IMG/VR virus record: IMGVR_UViG_3300042516_003202
Reading direction: 5' to 3' (one strand)
Length of the DNA stretch: 64,000 nucleotides
Origin: a virus
Shown piece by piece: positions 46,397-56,818 of the stretch (position 1 is its first letter; the number at the start of each line of letters is the position of its first letter). A program made the position numbers and the translations under genes. Below the pieces are notes generated by a model, which saw only the letters and a program-made list of their open reading frames with translations, made no database searches and was not told where the DNA came from.

Positions 46397-47689
46397 TTAA
46401 CCATATGTATCCTTAACTAAAGTAAGTGAAGTGTATGAATTTTTTGGATCAAAATCATGACACAAATGCATAATTAAATATTTTCCACTTTGAAAACGAT
46501 CTATTGCACCAACAGATTTATTATCAGGAGTTACTTTATTAAATTCACATTCTATAACATCTCCAGCCTGTAATTCTGCATTACAAGGTATAATCATATT
46601 AACAACTTGTGCAGTTAATGTATTATATCTCATTCTAGATTGTGCTAAATGCAATCTAGGATCATTATTCAAATTTGTCGAGATACCAACTTCCATATTT
46701 CCAGTATCAAATATGTAATTGTAAATTCTACTAAAAGAATCTTTGGCATCAAATTCAGAAGAATAATCTACATTTAAACCTAAAGGTACAATTCCACTAC
46801 TAGTCAATGAAAGATATATTTCTTTATACTCAAATGTAAATGGATCAAAAAATATATTTTTAGTTTTATATACTCCATTTTTCAATGCAGTTAAAAGATT
46901 TTGATTTTTATCTATAGAGTATGAAATAATTCTAAAATCATTATCTTCATCAATACTAGATGTGGAAATTTCTTTATACACATATTTTCTAGGATATGGT
47001 TGTGCGGAAAATAAACTATCAATTGATCTAAAATTAAATCCAGTCCTAGTTTCCCAAAACAAAAATCCAGCAGAGCCTTCTACAGGAACTGCTTGGGGGC
47101 ACAAAGATTTTATTAACGTAAATGGTGAAACTCCAGATCCTGGAAATGCACAAGAATTTTTTGTTTGTTCTATAGTTAATTTATTTAAAGGTATTTTTAA
47201 TTCTTTTTCAAGGATTTCTTTTACGGAATTTGAAAGATTGTTATAATATTTTTTATAAACAGTTGTTGTTTCATTTGTGACAGCAAACTCTGATGTTAAA
47301 ACTAACATCGTTGCATTTCTAAAACTTTCTTGTTTTCCTGCAGGTGGTGCAGCAATTATTGATAATGGATAAGATTTAAAATTTAATTCCCCAAGTTTTG
47401 GTTTTATTATAAACTCAAATTTTTCTTTGCCACTTGAAGTTATTGGTAAAGAATTTACAAGAGTTCCTCTTCTTTCTGTAGGATCAATTGCTTTGTCCGA
47501 TTTTACAGAGTAACCCAAATCCGTGTATACTACATTAGCACTAATAAACGGAGATAATATACTTTCATAATAAGAAAACTTAACAACATCTAGTTTACTA
47601 TCAGGATTTATAAAATCTACTCTAGTTCCCTCTCGTTGAACAACTAAATGTTGATAATTTGATGGACCTCTTGCTATATTTTTTACCAT
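46397..47689 (-). CDS. baseplate hub-type protein (gp27-like)
   Basis: FSYYESILSP...FLFWETRTGFNFRSIDSL...LQAGDVI...SGKYLIMHLCH...LVKDTYG; position in the module. Confidence 0.55.
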   Translation of the reverse strand: MVKNIARGPSNYQHLVVQREGTRVDFINPDSKLDVVKFSYYESILSPFISANVVYTDLGYSVKSDKAIDPTERRGTLVNSLPITSSGKEKFEFIIKPKLGELNFKSYPLSIIAAPPAGKQESFRNATMLVLTSEFAVTNETTTVYKKYYNNLSNSVKEILEKELKIPLNKLTIEQTKNSCAFPGSGVSPFTLIKSLCPQAVPVEGSAGFLFWETRTGFNFRSIDSLFSAQPYPRKYVYKEISTSSIDEDNDFRIISYSIDKNQNLLTALKNGVYKTKNIFFDPFTFEYKEIYLSLTSSGIVPLGLNVDYSSEFDAKDSFSRIYNYIFDTGNMEVGISTNLNNDPRLHLAQSRMRYNTLTAQVVNMIIPCNAELQAGDVIECEFNKVTPDNKSVGAIDRFQSGKYLIMHLCHDFDPKNSYTSLTLVKDTYG

Positions 47690-47690
47690 A

Positions 47691-50141
47691 TTAACTCTCT
47701 AATATGTCTAGTGCTTGTGAAAGAAGTTTATTTGATCTAGGGGTAGACGAAGAAGTATTAGATCCTTGTTTGACTGCATAAGCAACAACTTCAGTATTAT
47801 TAACAATGTATGGTTGTATACTGTTTATGTATACCACATCACGAGATTTGGAAGATTTTATTGAAGCAACATCAAAATTTTTAGCGGTTGTAGGAAAAAA
47901 CGCTTGTGGTTGTGGTTTTATTTGTTGCTGAATTTGCATCAATTCAAGAGATTTATTATAGTCATCTATTAACCATTTGTTTTTCGCGTCAATTTTAATA
48001 ATATCAGGAACTAATCCAGCATTTGTTTTCTTTACAAAAACAATTCCCATTCCAGGAAGATCTTGAACCATATACCTATTTCCATCTCTAGCAGCAAATT
48101 CAAAACCACCTTTAGGTACAGATCCTATTATAGGTTTTGATGTTTTATTGTCAATTTTATTGGATGTAGATACTTGAGTTTTTTGTACTTGATTTTTTCT
48201 GAGATCAAATACTGAATTCACATATCTAGCAGGATTGACATAAGCACCATTTACTATTCGTTCTAAATGTAAATGTGTATTATCATAATTTCCAGATCCT
48301 ACAGTATTGGGAGGCCAATATTTAACTTTTGCAATAACTTGTCCTTGGTTAATATAACTTCCTTTTCTTAATCCAGGAGCAACAATAACATGTCCGTATA
48401 CTACTTTTGTTTTATCTGCATGTTGAACATAAATTGCATCACCCCAATCACCAAATTTTGGTTCTATATGAACGATTGTTCCAGATTCAAATGCAGTAAC
48501 TGGTGAATTTGCATCAACACCAATATCAATTCCCCTGTGATTTGGTCTATCAGTTGTTCTAAACCCACTAGTGAATTGTGGATTTCCTTGAGGAAGAACA
48601 TATTTAAAAGATCCTGAAGTTGGTTTTACATCCAAAGATTTATATTTTTTAAGAGCAGATTGATATCTTTTTAAAAATCCTCTAGTGTGAACATTTTCTT
48701 GAGATCCTCCAGGAAGAGATGGCCACTGCCCAGTTAATCCTTGGGCAACTATCATTGGATCTTTTTGTAAATCTTTCACTATCCCATTTTGTCCTTTACC
48801 ATAAGCAGCAACCGCTAATTTCCAAGCAGCTATATCTTGATTTTCTGGCGTAAATGCTTTTGCTGGTTTATACCGATCCCAAGTAGTAGATAGAAATTGA
48901 TATCTACCAGCAGCATCACTTGTTCTTCCATCAGGAGTTGGTTCTGAAATTCTAGGGTGGTCTTTATATCCATTACTAAAAGTTTTACTTGGATACCGAG
49001 AATTGTACCCAGGAGCTTCAGCACCAGCAATAGCATCTAAAAGTGCTTTACCTTCTGGTGGGATATCAGCAGCAGATCCAGTAAATTGACCACCAAATCC
49101 TTCTGGACCATCCCCTCCTCCTCCACCTCCTCCACCACCTTCTTCATCTTTTACTTTAGTTTTTAAAATTTTAAGTTCGTTAAACTTTTTTAAAACCTCT
49201 TTAAATTTATTATTATTTTCATCACTCAATTTTGTATTTTCTTCTTCTACTAAAGTATTCTTTCTAAAAAACTCAAAATAATTTACTGCTTGATTTGCTT
49301 TTTTGCCTTTTGCACTTCCTCCAGGTTTAGCAAATGGTGTTGTAGTTTTAGTTGCAGATGGTTGAGTAGCAGTTCCTGCTGCAGTTTTTCTTGCTTGAGA
49401 AACTGTTCCACCCTTAGCAAAACCGTAAGGATTTTGTGAAGAAGGAGATGCAGTTGTAGGTAAAGTAAAAGGTGCTAACGGAGTTGAAGTTGGTGGAGGG
49501 GATTGTTGTGTTGCAGATGGAGACTGTGATGGAGATGTAGGTGGAATTGGTCCAGAACTTTGTGGCCTTGGTGGATTAAAAAATGACTTCCAAGATTTTG
49601 ATAAGGATTCAATTCCATATTCTACACCATCATACAAACGTCCTAATTTATCAATTTCCGTTGATATGTTTTTTCTAGCAGATTTAATGACATCATAAGT
49701 ACCACCAGCAAGTTTTGGAAAATTTTGAATTGCCCAAATAATAGCATTTAATCCTTTACCAATGATATCAATAGTAAATTTAATAGTATTTAAAATCCAT
49801 GGATTATTTCCAAAGAATTTTTTTAACTTAGAAATAATTATTGGAAGATTATTAACCAATAAACCTAAAAATATTGTACCCAAAAAATCCATAATTTTGT
49901 CAAAAATACTTTTTGGTCCAGATAATATCGCAGAAGATACTTTTTTTAGGGGAGATGTAATTTTAGATTTGGCAGATTCTATGGACGTTTCTTTCTTTGA
50001 TAAAAAAGATCTTTTTTCTTCTTGAGAATCAAATCTTTCTTTATCTAAACGTATTTTTTTTATTTTCTTATTATAAGAAAATAAAGAACTTTTTATTTTT
50101 GTAACAGTTAGTTTTAATTTTTTAGATTGAGTGTTAATCAT
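47691..50141 (-). CDS. tail-associated protein with lambda-lysozyme-like and M23 peptidase domains
   Basis: ALLDAIAGAE...AAGRYQFLSTTW; HRGIDIG...YGHV...HLHLE. Confidence 0.8.
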   Translation of the reverse strand: MINTQSKKLKLTVTKIKSSLFSYNKKIKKIRLDKERFDSQEEKRSFLSKKETSIESAKSKITSPLKKVSSAILSGPKSIFDKIMDFLGTIFLGLLVNNLPIIISKLKKFFGNNPWILNTIKFTIDIIGKGLNAIIWAIQNFPKLAGGTYDVIKSARKNISTEIDKLGRLYDGVEYGIESLSKSWKSFFNPPRPQSSGPIPPTSPSQSPSATQQSPPPTSTPLAPFTLPTTASPSSQNPYGFAKGGTVSQARKTAAGTATQPSATKTTTPFAKPGGSAKGKKANQAVNYFEFFRKNTLVEEENTKLSDENNNKFKEVLKKFNELKILKTKVKDEEGGGGGGGGGDGPEGFGGQFTGSAADIPPEGKALLDAIAGAEAPGYNSRYPSKTFSNGYKDHPRISEPTPDGRTSDAAGRYQFLSTTWDRYKPAKAFTPENQDIAAWKLAVAAYGKGQNGIVKDLQKDPMIVAQGLTGQWPSLPGGSQENVHTRGFLKRYQSALKKYKSLDVKPTSGSFKYVLPQGNPQFTSGFRTTDRPNHRGIDIGVDANSPVTAFESGTIVHIEPKFGDWGDAIYVQHADKTKVVYGHVIVAPGLRKGSYINQGQVIAKVKYWPPNTVGSGNYDNTHLHLERIVNGAYVNPARYVNSVFDLRKNQVQKTQVSTSNKIDNKTSKPIIGSVPKGGFEFAARDGNRYMVQDLPGMGIVFVKKTNAGLVPDIIKIDAKNKWLIDDYNKSLELMQIQQQIKPQPQAFFPTTAKNFDVASIKSSKSRDVVYINSIQPYIVNNTEVVAYAVKQGSNTSSSTPRSNKLLSQALDILES

Positions 50142-52525
50142 CCTACAATACCTAAAGCAATTGCAGTTCTAGAAATATCATCAGAAAATGCAGGATTTAC
50201 CGATGATACTGATGGAAGAGGAGTTGGATTTCCTTGAGGACCAGGAAGTGATTTGGTTTTAGGTTGGTTATTGATCACTTGTGCCGGTAAAGGCATATTA
50301 ATAAAAGTTGTTTTTGGTGAAGCAGTTCCCAAATCTAAATTTGCGATATTCCATTTTTTAGTATTTTGTATAACTTGAGATAATGTATTATTAATTTTGG
50401 TTGAAGAAGACTCTCCCATACCAAATGTTTCTCTAGTTGGACGTAAGTATTCCTCTTGTGTGACTGGACGTCCAAACCCTTCATATTTTTCTTTTACTCT
50501 ATTAACTTCTTCTATCGGTCTACCAACAGACCAATTTTTAGTCATTGTGGGACTAGGTTCTGGTGCGGATGACGCTACTGTTGGTGTTGGTGTTGGTGTT
50601 ATAGATGATGCTGGTGCTGCTGGCGCTGGAGATGCCGCTGGTGCTGGAGATGCCGCTGGTGCTGGAGATGCCGCTGGTGCTGCTGCCGCTGGCGATGGCG
50701 ATGCTGCTGGCGAAGAATGTGTAGAAGATTTTGGAATTTCAACACTTGATGAAGGACCACTAGAACTAGAACTTGGTGCAGTTTTTAAATATTTTAATTT
50801 TAAACGTCTTGCTTCTTCTTTTAAAGATTTATCATATTCATCAAGTATTTTTCCTTGTTCTAAAATATTTTCAGCATCTAGAGTATTGTTATTTTCTTGC
50901 CTTTTTATAGCCTCAACAAATGCTTGCCACATTTTCGCACCATTATTATTAACATCTTTCAATAAAGGTCTCCAACGTGTTGCTTCACTTGCACGAATAA
51001 CTTCTTCATTTTCATCTAATCTAATTTGTTGTCCACCTCTAGTCATTGCAGGAACCATATCAGTTCCAGGTCGGTCGCCTTTACCTACAGTTCCTCCTAA
51101 AGAGAATCCAGAAGATTTCTCTATAGAACATGCCGTACATTTTTTCTTAGGTGGTTCTTTGATTGTTCCACCTTCTGCTTTTGTTGTAGCAGCACCAAGA
51201 CCAATACCAAAAGATCCAGCACTACCAATCCCAAGTAAAGGAGCAAGTACTGATAATGCTGGTGCTGTCGCTGGAGTTGCAGCACCTCCAGTAGCGCCAG
51301 TTGCAACTACCAATCCAAGTGCAGCCAAACCAGCAGCTAGACTAACCCATCCAGCAGCTTGTTGTTTTGGAGTTAAATTGAGTGGATTTAAAGGATTTTT
51401 TTGAGTTGGTAGATTGCCAACAGGAGGTCTAGTAGGAGCACCAGGAGTAACTGGCGGAACACCAGGAATACCAATCGGAGGTAAAACAGTTCCTCCAGCA
51501 ATACCTTTAATTGTGTTATAAATTCTAGGTTGAGAAGATAAGAAACCAGCAAAAGAAGTTACAACTGCAGGATTTCCAAAACAATTTAAAAATTGATTAC
51601 AAATATTTCCTGGTCCTCCACCAGGTCCACCCCCAGGAGGTTTATTTTTTCTAAAAAGATCTATTAACTTCTTAAGAGATCTTGCTGCACCTACTACCTT
51701 AAGTATAACACCAAGAAGTTTAGCAGTTCCTAAAATAATTAATATTTCTTTCCAGTGATCTGCTAAGAAGTGGAAAAACTTCTTTAACTTTTCTCTATTT
51801 TCAGGTTTAGATAACCATATAAATGCATTATTAAGTATTAATCCAGTTAATATAATTTTAAAAAATTCAATTATTTTTTGAAAAATACTTTTAATTGGAG
51901 AAGTAACTTTATCAAAAGTTTTAGTAATTCCTTCACCTAATTTACCAGCACCTTCAAGAAATTTTTCTTTTCCTTCTGCTCTTGATCTGGATAATCTTTT
52001 TTTACGTTTTTCTAATTCTTTTTTTCTTTCATCAAGTCTAGAATTATAATCTAGTGCTAATTGCTTCTGTATTTCTAAAAGTATTTTATTAGTTTCAAAT
52101 AAAGACTTATCTAATTCACTTTCACCTTTACCTAGATTTTCAGAGTCTTTACCACGAGGTAATAATCGTATAAACTTTTGTTGTATGCCTTCTTTAAAAA
52201 CCTTTACAAAGTTTTCTTTTACAATTCTAATAATATTATTTTTTACTTCTGTCCTAATTAACTTCTCAATAACAGTTTCTTTTATGTTATTGAAAATCTC
52301 ACTTCTTTCTGAAAATAAAGAAGTTAAAAATTCAGGTTTTGGTAAGTTAAGAACTGGTTTAATAAAACTGAAAGAAGTTTTTTTCAGTTCTATTTGAGGT
52401 CTAATCGCACTAGAAAAAACAGAAGACTTGATGTTTCTTCTGTTTATTTTTATTTTTTTGGGTATAGATGGTGCGCTATAACTTTGATTAATTTCCACTT
52501 TGCTGCTTTGCGTTTTCTTCTTCAA
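50138..52525 (-). CDS. baseplate hub/tape-measure-like protein
   Basis: Coiled coils, amphipathic/hydrophobic helices, Ala-Pro linker; start may be GTG at 52498. Confidence 0.55.
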   Translation of the reverse strand: MKKKTQSSKVEINQSYSAPSIPKKIKINRRNIKSSVFSSAIRPQIELKKTSFSFIKPVLNLPKPEFLTSLFSERSEIFNNIKETVIEKLIRTEVKNNIIRIVKENFVKVFKEGIQQKFIRLLPRGKDSENLGKGESELDKSLFETNKILLEIQKQLALDYNSRLDERKKELEKRKKRLSRSRAEGKEKFLEGAGKLGEGITKTFDKVTSPIKSIFQKIIEFFKIILTGLILNNAFIWLSKPENREKLKKFFHFLADHWKEILIILGTAKLLGVILKVVGAARSLKKLIDLFRKNKPPGGGPGGGPGNICNQFLNCFGNPAVVTSFAGFLSSQPRIYNTIKGIAGGTVLPPIGIPGVPPVTPGAPTRPPVGNLPTQKNPLNPLNLTPKQQAAGWVSLAAGLAALGLVVATGATGGAATPATAPALSVLAPLLGIGSAGSFGIGLGAATTKAEGGTIKEPPKKKCTACSIEKSSGFSLGGTVGKGDRPGTDMVPAMTRGGQQIRLDENEEVIRASEATRWRPLLKDVNNNGAKMWQAFVEAIKRQENNNTLDAENILEQGKILDEYDKSLKEEARRLKLKYLKTAPSSSSSGPSSSVEIPKSSTHSSPAASPSPAAAAPAASPAPAASPAPAASPAPAAPASSITPTPTPTVASSAPEPSPTMTKNWSVGRPIEEVNRVKEKYEGFGRPVTQEEYLRPTRETFGMGESSSTKINNTLSQVIQNTKKWNIANLDLGTASPKTTFINMPLPAQVINNQPKTKSLPGPQGNPTPLPSVSSVNPAFSDDISRTAIALGIVG
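50619..50705 (-). repeat. 18-nt tandem repeat encoding PAASPA
   Basis: tggtgctggagatgccgc-type unit repeated three times plus degenerate copies. Confidence 0.8.
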
Positions 52526-52664
52526 TATACTGTTGAAGTAGTGTCACATATATGTCCCTTTCCCAAGGTTGCATATTTTCAATATCCCATAATGAATATT
52601 TATGATGCTGCATCAAAGCAAAATTTACTTTAAAATATGACTCAAGATTTGTATGAGCCATCAT
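52488..52664 (-). CDS. gp51: baseplate hub assembly catalyst
   Basis: Manual translation MMAHTNLESYFKVNFALMQHHKYSLWDIENMQPWERDIYVTLLQQYIEEEN; missing from the ORF track; directly after gp26. Confidence 0.9.
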   Translation of the reverse strand: MMAHTNLESYFKVNFALMQHHKYSLWDIENMQPWERDIYVTLLQQYIEEENAKQQSGN

Positions 52665-53386
52665 CAAGTGAAAAAACTTGCTAATCCCTCCAAAACAATT
52701 TCATTCTTAACACCAGTTTTTGGATTCTTGACCACGACAGTGTGAGAAAGTTTTGGCATTGTTGTAAAGAATTTCTCAATTTCTTTAAACTGCTTAGTAT
52801 TCATTTGCTCAACAAATTCTTTAAGTTCTTCTTTTGAACAATCTGAAGCAGACCAACATTCTTCATTATTGTATACCATATCCACACAAGAAATAATCAT
52901 AGAAAGAGATTTGTCAACATCAGTTTCATCTTCATTAAACTCAAAATTATTTTCTACAAATTGATCTAGAGATGGATATTTCATTTTCATAGATAAATTG
53001 TCATCAAGTTTAACAATATTTGTGTGCTCAGGATCTCTTTGTACTTTAATTAAATCAATATCAATAGATTCGTTAACTTGAGTTACACCATCATCTGGGC
53101 ATGTTATCGTTACATCTACTGCTTCACCAATAGATTTTGCTCTAACATTTAAGAAAATATACTCAATATCAAAGGTTGAAAGATTTGATATTTTAATTCC
53201 TTTAGTTTGAATACATTCTTCTAAAATTTGAACAATGGCATTAGAAATCTGTTTCATGTCCTCAGATTCCAATGCCATTATAAGAATTTTCTCTTCTCTA
53301 ACTAAAAATGGACGATATTTAATTTTTTTTCCTGTAGATGGTATTTCCAAATCATAAGTTGGAACAGAAATCTTTGGTAAAGGCAT
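52664..53386 (-). CDS. gp26: baseplate hub subunit
   Basis: YRPFLVREEKIL...DIEYIFLNVRAKSIGE...CPDD...LEGLASFF. Confidence 0.9.
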   Translation of the reverse strand: MPLPKISVPTYDLEIPSTGKKIKYRPFLVREEKILIMALESEDMKQISNAIVQILEECIQTKGIKISNLSTFDIEYIFLNVRAKSIGEAVDVTITCPDDGVTQVNESIDIDLIKVQRDPEHTNIVKLDDNLSMKMKYPSLDQFVENNFEFNEDETDVDKSLSMIISCVDMVYNNEECWSASDCSKEELKEFVEQMNTKQFKEIEKFFTTMPKLSHTVVVKNPKTGVKNEIVLEGLASFFT

Positions 53387-53412
53387 AATTTTTTAAAAAA
53401 TTCAGTTGTGAT

Positions 53413-53419
53413 TATTTAT
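53413..53419 (-). promoter_or_regulatory. T4-type late promoter
   Basis: ATAAATA upstream of gp26. Confidence 0.65.
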
Positions 53420-54264
53420 TAGTTGGGGGCACCGAATTTTTGTTTGGGTGCATAATCTCTATTATAGGTTGCAGAATCAACTGTAATTTGTGTATATTTT
53501 CCACCTATAATAAGATCTAAAGTATAAGTTCCATCAGAATTTGCATAAACTCCTTGAACAGTTTGTCCAACAGCTCTTTCCCTTCTCATAATATATCTGT
53601 CATAATTCATAGTAACTGTAACTTTCATTAAATCACCTTCTCCATAAGAAACTGGAATTGATGCCATAGATTTTGGGAAGGCATTAATAAGTTGATATGA
53701 AATATTTGCGGCTCCTGCAGACATCCAATTTTTTTCAAATTTTTTAATAAAAACTCCAGAATTTTTATAATAATCTGGATAATTAAATCTCCTGTAATAA
53801 TTTCCAGACTGAATTATATTTTCATCATCTAATGGCAATTCACTACCTCCAGAGATGTAATCCATCCAGGCCTCGAAAAAACCTAGAACTTTATATTCTC
53901 TATCAATATAAAATGTAAAATCAACATCAGTATTAATTCTGGTATGTGCAAATTCTTGGCTTACTCCTATAAAATTATCTTTAACTTCTGAAGTTGCATA
54001 TGTAGATGCTGGCAAAGACGCTTCAGAGCATAATAATCCCAACTCATTCTGAAAATCATTACTAAATCCAACTAAACCATACTTTTCATATCCGTATTTT
54101 GATATGTGATCCAAAAACGGAGATGTAAAATTTTTACCTGTATTATCACTTACCGTTCCCCAGCCAGGGGTTATAAACACTTGATATAAATTTGTTCTTG
54201 CCAAGTTTAAAAAACTTGGCAAAGTATTCATATGAACTTGACCAATATCTGGTACTTGTGCCAT
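53419..54264 (-). CDS. tail tube-like / baseplate tail-tube initiator (gp19/gp54 family)
   Basis: LLCSEASLP...DFTFYID...FFEAWMDYI...YQLINAFPKSM...VTVTMNYDRY. Confidence 0.7.
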   Translation of the reverse strand: MAQVPDIGQVHMNTLPSFLNLARTNLYQVFITPGWGTVSDNTGKNFTSPFLDHISKYGYEKYGLVGFSNDFQNELGLLCSEASLPASTYATSEVKDNFIGVSQEFAHTRINTDVDFTFYIDREYKVLGFFEAWMDYISGGSELPLDDENIIQSGNYYRRFNYPDYYKNSGVFIKKFEKNWMSAGAANISYQLINAFPKSMASIPVSYGEGDLMKVTVTMNYDRYIMRRERAVGQTVQGVYANSDGTYTLDLIIGGKYTQITVDSATYNRDYAPKQKFGAPN

Positions 54265-54266
54265 TT

Positions 54267-54305
54267 CTAAATATTTACAGCAATTCTATGTTATGAAATA
54301 TTTAG
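54267..54305. promoter_or_regulatory. pair of oppositely oriented late promoters
   Basis: CTAAATA on + at 54267-54273 and CTAAATA on - at 54299-54305. Confidence 0.65.
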
Positions 54306-54740
54306 ATGTCATATAAAGGAAAATATAAACCATCATATCCACAAAAATACAAAGGAGATCCTACAAACATTATATACCGATCTCTTTGGGAAAGAAAGTT
54401 TATGGTCTATTGTGATAATAACAATAGAATTTTAGAATGGGGTTCTGAAGAAATTGCATTACCTTATCGGTCTCCTGTAGATAATAGAATTCATAGATAT
54501 TTTCCAGATTTTTATATTAAGGTAAAAGAATCAAACGGAGAAATTAAAAAGTATCTAATTGAAATCAAACCACTAAAACAACTATCACCTCCACAAAAAC
54601 CAAAACGTCAAACCAAGCAATATCTTTATGAAGCATACGAGTATGCAAAAAATCAAGCAAAATGGAAAGCTGCCAGAGAGTTTTGCGAAGATCGTCAGTG
54701 GCAGTTTAAAGTTATTACCGAAAAGGAATTAGATATCTAA
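54306..54740 (+). CDS. gp4: head completion nuclease
   Basis: YKGKYKP..P.KYKGDPTNIIYRSLWE...YFPDF...IEIKP. Confidence 0.95.
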   Translation: MSYKGKYKPSYPQKYKGDPTNIIYRSLWERKFMVYCDNNNRILEWGSEEIALPYRSPVDNRIHRYFPDFYIKVKESNGEIKKYLIEIKPLKQLSPPQKPKRQTKQYLYEAYEYAKNQAKWKAAREFCEDRQWQFKVITEKELDI

Positions 54741-54741
54741 A

Positions 54742-55146
54742 ATGCCAAGAAAATCTATAAAGCAAAGGAAAAAAACAAATACAGATACTGATGATAAAGT
54801 TAATCGTCTTCGTGACATAACTAATAATTTAATTGGAACCGAAGATCCAGATGATTTGATGCTGGAAATTATAACTGCACTAACAGAAAGTGAAAAAGTT
54901 CCAAAAACTGGAAAATATTATGTTTTTGTATACAATCCAAAAACACCAAACATTCAATATGACCAAAATCCTTTAGTGGCAGTTACTGATGTTTTTCCTT
55001 GGGGATTTAGAGGGATCAATTTTCACTGGGGAGAAGTTAGACAGTATACCTGGGATGAAATTCCTGGTGGAATTTATGAAGTGTATCCATCAGAACTAAA
55101 AGATTTACAAACCATTCCATTTGGAAAATTTCGTCTAAATAATTAG
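54742..55146 (+). CDS. gp2: DNA end protector protein
   Basis: GKYYVFVYNPKT...YDQNPLV...GFRGINFHW. Confidence 0.75.
   Translation: MPRKSIKQRKKTNTDTDDKVNRLRDITNNLIGTEDPDDLMLEIITALTESEKVPKTGKYYVFVYNPKTPNIQYDQNPLVAVTDVFPWGFRGINFHWGEVRQYTWDEIPGGIYEVYPSELKDLQTIPFGKFRLNN
55135..55141 (+). promoter_or_regulatory. T4-type late promoter
   Basis: CTAAATA 14 nt upstream of the gp48 ATG. Confidence 0.65.
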
Positions 55147-55155
55147 AAAACGATA

Positions 55156-56079
55156 ATGGCAGAAGTTTTACGTTACCCATACGAAGCCATAACAAAATCT
55201 ACAGATTATCTTCAGATAACTATAAAAAATTACGAAGCGGGAGATATGCTGACCACACCATCAGCAGTGCCAACTAATGCTGCTGATGTGAGCACTACAT
55301 CTTCGGCAAATTTATACAAACAAACTTTAGTAAATGATGGGGGAATAATTTTACTTCCCATGCCGTCAAATATTCAAGATAGTAATTCTGTATCATATGA
55401 AGAGGGTAGTTTAGATGCTTTTAGTGCCATTGGAGTAGAAAGTGCCCAAAAGATGATGATGCAGGATTTTAGTAAACCGGGAGGAGTTGCTAAAGTATTA
55501 GGAAATATTGCGGATACAAGCGTAGATGCAATAAAAAATTTACAAGATGCTGGAATCAAAGAAATAATGCTCAAAGCGTTAGCATCACAAGCAGTTTCTG
55601 TTTTTGGTGGAAATGTCACAGTAAATCAAATATTAGCACGTTCTGAAGGTAAAAGTTTAAACCCAAATATGGAACTCCTTTTTAATGGAGTTACTTTAAG
55701 AAGCTTTAGATTTTCTTTTAAAATGACTCCGAGAAATCAGAACGAATCAACACAAGTTAAAAAAATTATTCGTTCATTTAAAAGAAACATGGCCCCAAAA
55801 AGTGATGGCGCATTTCTTATAGCACCTCACGTATTTCAATTAGAATATAGGAGAGGTGGCGGATCTCATCCTTTTTTACATAGATTCAAACCATGTGCAT
55901 TATCCGATATGTCAGTAAACTATACTGGAGATAATGTTTATGCAGTTTATAGTGATAGTACTCCAGTTTCTATAATTATGGATTTAACATTCAAAGAACT
56001 TGTTCCAGTATATGAAGAAGACTACAATGTAGAACAAGGCGGTCAAATTTTAGAAACAGATGGATCAGTAGGTTACTAA
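55156..56079 (+). CDS. gp48: baseplate tail-tube cap
   Basis: LPMPSNIQDSNSVSY...NPNMELLFNGVTLRSFRFSFKMTPR...V.Y. Confidence 0.9.
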   Translation: MAEVLRYPYEAITKSTDYLQITIKNYEAGDMLTTPSAVPTNAADVSTTSSANLYKQTLVNDGGIILLPMPSNIQDSNSVSYEEGSLDAFSAIGVESAQKMMMQDFSKPGGVAKVLGNIADTSVDAIKNLQDAGIKEIMLKALASQAVSVFGGNVTVNQILARSEGKSLNPNMELLFNGVTLRSFRFSFKMTPRNQNESTQVKKIIRSFKRNMAPKSDGAFLIAPHVFQLEYRRGGGSHPFLHRFKPCALSDMSVNYTGDNVYAVYSDSTPVSIIMDLTFKELVPVYEEDYNVEQGGQILETDGSVGY

Positions 56080-56080
56080 A

Positions 56081-56782
56081 ATGGGTTATTTCAGAGAACT
56101 TCCAAACTTAAAATATATTTCTCCTCTTCCAGATAGAGGTTCTTCTTTAGATTATGTCGAAGCCAAAAATCTTTTCAAAAGAATTAGAGTAAGGCAAGAT
56201 TTTGAAAGCGTATTTACTGCATTTAACAAATATACCATACAAGAAAATATTCGTCCAGATCAAGTTGCTCAAGAACTTTATGGTTCTCCAGAATTAGATT
56301 GGGTTGTATTAATATCTGCAGGAATAGTTAATGTAAGAGATCAATGGCCTTTATCAAATAAAGATCTTGTAAATTACGTGGAAAGACTTTATGGAACGGA
56401 AATAGACTCGCCAAGATATTATGTAACTAAAGAAGTAAAAGATTCTAAAGGAAGAATAATTATTCCAGAAGGAAAAATAGTAGAAAAAAATTATAAACTA
56501 CCTAAACCAACTACAGATAATCAACCATTACAGTCTTATGTAAGATATTATGACAGCCAAAGTCAAACATATGTAACCGTATTTAATATAACAAAACCAG
56601 TTACAAATTATGAATATGAAATTGAAAAAAATGATGCTAAAAGACAAATTTATGTTCTTAAAAGAGGATATCTCCAAGAATTCCTAAACGATACTAGAAC
56701 GATTATGAAATATAAAAAATCTTCACAATACGTCAATGATTACTTGATACAAGGGGAAAACTTAAGAATTACCTCTCCATAA
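56081..56782 (+). CDS. gp53: baseplate wedge subunit
   Basis: YFRELPNL.Y...RPDQVAQELYG...WVVL...WP...NYEYE...KRQI.VLK. Confidence 0.9.
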   Translation: MGYFRELPNLKYISPLPDRGSSLDYVEAKNLFKRIRVRQDFESVFTAFNKYTIQENIRPDQVAQELYGSPELDWVVLISAGIVNVRDQWPLSNKDLVNYVERLYGTEIDSPRYYVTKEVKDSKGRIIIPEGKIVEKNYKLPKPTTDNQPLQSYVRYYDSQSQTYVTVFNITKPVTNYEYEIEKNDAKRQIYVLKRGYLQEFLNDTRTIMKYKKSSQYVNDYLIQGENLRITSP

Positions 56783-56808
56783 AAAAAGGGAAGGTTTAAA
56801 ACCTTCCC
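56781..56808 (-). terminator. rho-independent terminator after gp32
   Basis: GGGAAGGTT/AACCTTCCC stem followed by a T7 run on the minus strand. Confidence 0.75.
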
Positions 56809-56818
56809 CAGATGCTAA

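Noticed and set aside
46372-46397. AT-rich 9-bp inverted repeat between the gp27-like and gp5 genes
   Set aside because: Weak stem with no U-tract; plausible by chance in AT-rich DNA
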